Source of the DNA: Myxococcota bacterium
GTDB lineage: Bacteria; Myxococcota; XYA12-FULL-58-9; JABJBS01
Reading direction: 5' to 3'
NCBI GenBank assembly: GCA_036339465.1
Contig: JAYZAY010000052.1
Span: forward strand, 1-10,367
Length of the DNA: 10,367 nt
Shown: piece after piece, positions 6,323 to 10,367 of the stretch
Position numbering within the stretch: the first letter of the stretch is position 1
Layout: every line of letters starts with the position of its first letter
The notes under the pieces: model-generated
Seen by the model: the letters and a program-made list of their open reading frames with translations, nothing else
What the model was told of the DNA's origin: nothing
The model's database searches: none
Translations under genes and position numbers: made by a program

Positions 6323-7615
6323 TCAACCCTCTTGACCACCTTCAGCTCCCTCTTCATCTCCAGCCCAGCTATAGCCCACATAAACCGCCACTAAGATGCC
6401 ACCTAAAGTGTACTCTGCTTTGTATTTTGGTTGATTCTCCCTAAACCGAGACTCCAAAGGCCGGCGGCTTCCGGGAATCTTGTATATTCCCGCAGCGTCA
6501 ATATTAAAACCACCGCCAAACTTATAGCCCAAGCCACAGTTCATGAAAATTCGGTCTGAATCCGGTAGTGAACTATCGAGAGTATGGTCGGGAACGGGAC
6601 TTTTGTCTAAGCTTGCCCCCATTCGCACGGCCAGATCCCCGAGAGTGTATTCTAAACCGATCTTAGAGCTAACCGTAGAATACCAGTCTCTTGTTGAAAC
6701 GGCATAGGAGTTTAAGTCACTAGAGCCCAGAGTTTGAGGTAATTTGAGCTTAAATTCTTTGTAACTCTCCCACCCAAAAAAGCTGATATCCATAGATAAT
6801 GTGAAATTCTCCATCATATCGTAAGCAAAACCCGCATTAAGCACCAAAGGCAGCGTCAATCGCCCAGAGGCTTCACCATCAGCTGGCAATTGGCCTCTAA
6901 TATCAGAGCTCGGTGCACTAAAATCAGCCGTTCCGAGAAAATCCAGTTGAATTGGAAGTCGAACAGAAATGCCAAAAGACGCACCTTCCACCATGTCTGA
7001 CTCAACCATCATACCAAATCGGCCACTAACTCCGACTGCTTGAGCGCCCGCTTCAACCGAGGCGACGTCCGTGCCAAAGGGAAGCGCCCTCTTTAAATAA
7101 AGGCTGCCCATTGTAACATCGATACCCGCAGCAAGCGACAATCCAGGAAAGCTCTCGTTTAGATCCCATCCCAGTACCGTAGAAATCGTGGGCGCTTTCA
7201 GCTGGATCTCCTGGATCACTTCTGCCTGGGGATGGTTATCTTCCCACTTGAGCCGCGAGCCAAAGGCGTTGCCCATACCCAGCCCTAAAGTAAATACGCC
7301 ATCTAATTCATAGGTAATATAACCCGCGGGAACAACCGACGTATCCGAAATAGCGCTATAGGAATTGGTCTCATCGAAGGGCACATAAGACGCATTGACC
7401 ATCACCATGGTCCCACCGATGTAGGCATGAAACCCCTTGATCTTGGTGATACCTGCAGGATTGTAGAAAATAGCCGAACCATCGTTGATCCGAGCTGTAA
7501 CGGCACCACCAAGCCCGGTAGCCTTCGCACCCTGTTGCGCAAATGAAAACCCAGCTGCATTCACTTGGGTGGTCAACAAACCGATTGCCAAGATTGCTAA
7601 TAGTGCTTTTCGCAT
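6323..7615 (-). CDS. fadL: FadL/OmpP1-family outer-membrane long-chain fatty acid/hydrophobic compound transporter
   Basis: Signal peptide MRKALLAILAIGLLTTQVNA, then mature N-terminus AGF...GLGGA, DGSAIFYNPAG (NPA motif), SPVPD, LPDSDR and a last strand VAVYVGYSW. ATG 7615 is preferred over GTG 7660 because it gives a canonical signal peptide and has GGGGAA upstream. Confidence 0.92.
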   Translation of the reverse strand: MRKALLAILAIGLLTTQVNAAGFSFAQQGAKATGLGGAVTARINDGSAIFYNPAGITKIKGFHAYIGGTMVMVNASYVPFDETNSYSAISDTSVVPAGYITYELDGVFTLGLGMGNAFGSRLKWEDNHPQAEVIQEIQLKAPTISTVLGWDLNESFPGLSLAAGIDVTMGSLYLKRALPFGTDVASVEAGAQAVGVSGRFGMMVESDMVEGASFGISVRLPIQLDFLGTADFSAPSSDIRGQLPADGEASGRLTLPLVLNAGFAYDMMENFTLSMDISFFGWESYKEFKLKLPQTLGSSDLNSYAVSTRDWYSTVSSKIGLEYTLGDLAVRMGASLDKSPVPDHTLDSSLPDSDRIFMNCGLGYKFGGGFNIDAAGIYKIPGSRRPLESRFRENQPKYKAEYTLGGILVAVYVGYSWAGDEEGAEGGQEG

Positions 7616-7695
7616 CTTGAAAATTCCCCGAGCCCTCAGCGGACCTTCTATTGGTCTCACGCCAATTCGCTCTTCGGCCTATTCCGTCGTGAGCC

Positions 7696-10176
7696 CTATT
7701 CAATCTTCTCAAACACATGGTTGAAAAATGCTCCCAAATCCTCACGCATTTGTAATGTGCCTTTTCGAGAAGCACCCGCATTGATAAACGGAGCATTGAG
7801 ATCGCCACCGTCTTCAAACTTACAATCAATGGCGGTCTCCCTATCTACTTGGTCACCAGAACAGCTATAGCGAGAATTGGCCAAGGAAGTGTGGACATAA
7901 TCGATTACATCGCCCCCCGCACCTCCTCGTATCTGCCGAGCCTCATCACACTTAGTGCCCCCGGTGCAAATATCGGTGTACTTGATCCACTTCTTCGAAG
8001 TCGTCGTGACGTCTGTCCGTAAGGCGGCAGTGGCCGTGGCGAAAGTTGTCCCTGCAATCGTCGTATCTGCATCGGTTGGCGTAATGGGCACACCTATTGC
8101 TGCACTTATCAAGCCCACCAATGAGTCGGTGGTAATCTGCGGAACCGTTTCATCGTTGACCACATCTTGAATCAAGAGAGCTTTCCCTGCCAATTTCTTA
8201 GCCAAATTCATACCCTCTGCATAATCGAGCACCCAGGTGGTAGCCGCCCGGAAACTCAAGTATCCAGCATCGATCAACCAATCGGCCCCAGGTATACCAT
8301 CAACGTCCTGGTTACAGGCATTTGGAAGGCCCCAAACATCCTCCGACCAGGGCCTACCACTGGCAGAAGGCCCCACAAAGACGCCCGTTTCCAGGAGTGC
8401 GTTGAAAAGCGGGCACCTGTAATATTCGTTCGGGGTCTGCTCAAGGGTACTGAGCCAGTTGACCCCCGTTGCCGTCATCGCGACCACCTTATAATCGTCC
8501 ACCATGGCTGCAATATTACTTCCGATTAAGCCTCCCAACGACAATCCAAGGAAGCCCATTTTATTGGTGTCGAGATGGAAATCTCCACATCCCCCCCTCT
8601 CAGCACAAGTCGATTTGAGAACCTGGGCAAACTTCATCCCATCCACAAACGACTGGCGGACGTTATCTCGAACTGCAACTGGATTCGCCGTAATAAATGG
8701 ATGAAAACAGCGACCATTGTCGTAAGTCATAACCTTCGTATCAGAGCAGTCTTGCTTGGTTTGAGCCGCGGGGTTAAAGAAATCTCCAGCACGCTCACCG
8801 TGCGCCGTCCAATCCATGGCCGCAACCGCGATACCACGCTGGGTAAGCGAACTGGCCATAAAGAGCATTTGCTCCTTAGATTCACCAATGCCATGACCAT
8901 AAACCACCAGGGGATAGCCTCCAGCTGGAGCCGCAGCTGAGGGTAATGCCACATGGAAATTCACTTTCTTATCCCCACCTTCTTTGGTCGGATAATGGGG
9001 ATCCATCCAGAAACTCGGAAACCCATCGGTGGGTAAGGTAATTTGGTAATTTGGTGAATAGAAATGCCCCTGCAACACCTGACCAATTCCACTGCAATCT
9101 ACGTGAATCGTATCCTTAGCGGGTGTCTCAGCCAAACGACCACATTTATACTCCCAATCCCTGTCCGCAGAAGAGCGATTCAAAGCCTTTACAGTGCCCT
9201 CTGCAAAGTAACCAACATTAAATGCACGATTTACCTCACTTTCGACAAACGAGGTCACTGCCGCATCCCCTTTGATTTCGTTAACGATGGTCACAGACTC
9301 GGAACCTTCATAGGCTAAATTTGCGGCAATACTATTGGGGTCGCTGGGATCAAATGGGATACTCACGGTTTGAGTTTTCCAAGCCCAGCCGATCAAAGAA
9401 TCGGTGATCCCCTTGTGGGCCGCAATAGCGCGAACCACAGCATGCGCTCCCCAAAGCTTTTCAAAGGCATCAAGCCTCGCCGTATCCGAATTCGGATACG
9501 GGGTCGCATTCGCGGCAACAGCGGTGACTCTACCTTCGGAATCGCGGGTGAGAACCACCGGTGACTTTTCCTGGCGAAGCAGCGACCAAGTAACACTCGG
9601 TTCAATAACACCTCCGAACTTAGTCTTAATACCAGACTTCAAAACGATCACGTAGTTGGTATTCTCTTTCAAGGGCTGCCCAGCATACATCAACAGTCGA
9701 TAGGCTGAGGTTTGTTGCGTACATGCTGTATCAGTATACACCGAAGTAGGAACCACTTGCTTGGTGCCAATGGGCACTTCAGCCGCACAACCACCATCGG
9801 CTCCTACCTCACAGAACACGATGTTTCCCTCTAGGCTACTCACGTCCAAGTCGTCGGTAAACATGGTGTACATGGGATACTGCCACAACCCAAAGCCATC
9901 AAAGCCATTGAGAATGTTCTTTCGTAGGGTCGAAGCTGTCGCAGATTCGTTGCATTCGGCAGACAGGTTTATCTTCCCGGTCGCCGGATCCATCGCCAGG
10001 CTATTGGGAACCGGAACAATCGGCCGATCCACGGAGACATTCAGTATCGCTTGGGCGATACTTAACGTTGTAGAACCGATATTTTCAATCACTTCACTTT
10101 GATCATCTAGCGTCACCGTTTTTGCACAGCCAAAGATTCCAACAACCAGAATACTGCGTGCAACAATTCGCTTCAT
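7696..10176 (-). CDS. Lipoprotein alpha/beta-hydrolase, VolA/Pla-1 (bacterial virulence-factor lipase)-like
   Basis: Lipobox IFG-C17 after MKR and a hydrophobic stretch. N-domain motifs PVPNSL and LNGFDGFG. Hydrolase motifs YPLVVYGHGIGESKE, AMDWTAHGER, RDNVRQSFVD; nucleophile elbow FLGLSLGG (~8530-8553); candidate acid NDETVP and candidate His VHTSL. Confidence 0.85.
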   Translation of the reverse strand: MKRIVARSILVVGIFGCAKTVTLDDQSEVIENIGSTTLSIAQAILNVSVDRPIVPVPNSLAMDPATGKINLSAECNESATASTLRKNILNGFDGFGLWQYPMYTMFTDDLDVSSLEGNIVFCEVGADGGCAAEVPIGTKQVVPTSVYTDTACTQQTSAYRLLMYAGQPLKENTNYVIVLKSGIKTKFGGVIEPSVTWSLLRQEKSPVVLTRDSEGRVTAVAANATPYPNSDTARLDAFEKLWGAHAVVRAIAAHKGITDSLIGWAWKTQTVSIPFDPSDPNSIAANLAYEGSESVTIVNEIKGDAAVTSFVESEVNRAFNVGYFAEGTVKALNRSSADRDWEYKCGRLAETPAKDTIHVDCSGIGQVLQGHFYSPNYQITLPTDGFPSFWMDPHYPTKEGGDKKVNFHVALPSAAAPAGGYPLVVYGHGIGESKEQMLFMASSLTQRGIAVAAMDWTAHGERAGDFFNPAAQTKQDCSDTKVMTYDNGRCFHPFITANPVAVRDNVRQSFVDGMKFAQVLKSTCAERGGCGDFHLDTNKMGFLGLSLGGLIGSNIAAMVDDYKVVAMTATGVNWLSTLEQTPNEYYRCPLFNALLETGVFVGPSASGRPWSEDVWGLPNACNQDVDGIPGADWLIDAGYLSFRAATTWVLDYAEGMNLAKKLAGKALLIQDVVNDETVPQITTDSLVGLISAAIGVPITPTDADTTIAGTTFATATAALRTDVTTTSKKWIKYTDICTGGTKCDEARQIRGGAGGDVIDYVHTSLANSRYSCSGDQVDRETAIDCKFEDGGDLNAPFINAGASRKGTLQMREDLGAFFNHVFEKIE

Positions 10177-10205
10177 AAAAGAACCCCCGGCCTATTCGGT
10201 TGAAA

Positions 10206-10234
10206 TGTATACGGTAAAGCCTGAAACGCCTCAA
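10206..10234 (-). promoter_or_regulatory. Candidate sigma70-type promoter (proximal) for the lipase-fadL unit
   Basis: Minus strand TTGAGG (10234-10229), 17 nt, TATACA (10211-10206). Partial consensus match only. Confidence 0.3.
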
Positions 10235-10248
10235 GATTTGCGCGCATA

Positions 10249-10275
10249 ACAGTAACATTGCCCCCCCCCCGACAA
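10249..10275 (-). promoter_or_regulatory. Candidate sigma70-type promoter (distal) with G10 tract in the spacer
   Basis: Minus strand TTGTCG (10275-10270), 15 nt, TACTGT (10254-10249), preceded by an extended -10 TGn. The G10 run is 10261-10270. Confidence 0.35.
10261..10270. repeat. C10/G10 homopolymer
   Basis: Ten consecutive C on the + strand; the longest homopolymer I saw in the window. Confidence 0.9.
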
Positions 10276-10367
10276 CACTGCACGACATGTAAACGCAGAT
10301 CCAAATCCACCACTTTTCCCTCAAGCATTGAACATTTCCACCGATGTCTTTTGAGCCTGGCCTGGCG

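Noticed and set aside
7371..10324. Numerous 60-150 aa ORFs overlapping the lipase and fadL (and similar ones inside recA, murJ and rlmN)
   Set aside because: Alternative-frame or antisense shadows of well-supported genes.

Overview
Bacterial chromosomal segment of roughly balanced GC. The gene content suggests Myxococcota or a related deltaproteobacterial lineage (inference). In order: 5'-truncated recA; a CPBP glutamic intramembrane protease resembling the myxosortase type; convergent murJ sharing a TTAA stop; a divergent YkgJ-family cysteine-cluster gene; a ~1.47 kb stretch (3766-5232) with no long ORF; an RlmN-family radical SAM methyltransferase; and a minus-strand two-gene unit encoding a Cys-rich VolA/Pla-1-like lipoprotein lipase followed by a FadL/OmpP1 outer-membrane transporter. 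The most interesting points are this lipid-scavenging module, a G10 tract inside its candidate promoter spacer (possible phase variation), and the unexplained 3766-5232 region. That region holds nested inverted repeats, C-runs and a split or coupled ORF pair of unknown function. No mobile element, CRISPR array, tRNA or rRNA was recognised, and no clearly novel system can be proven from the sequence alone.
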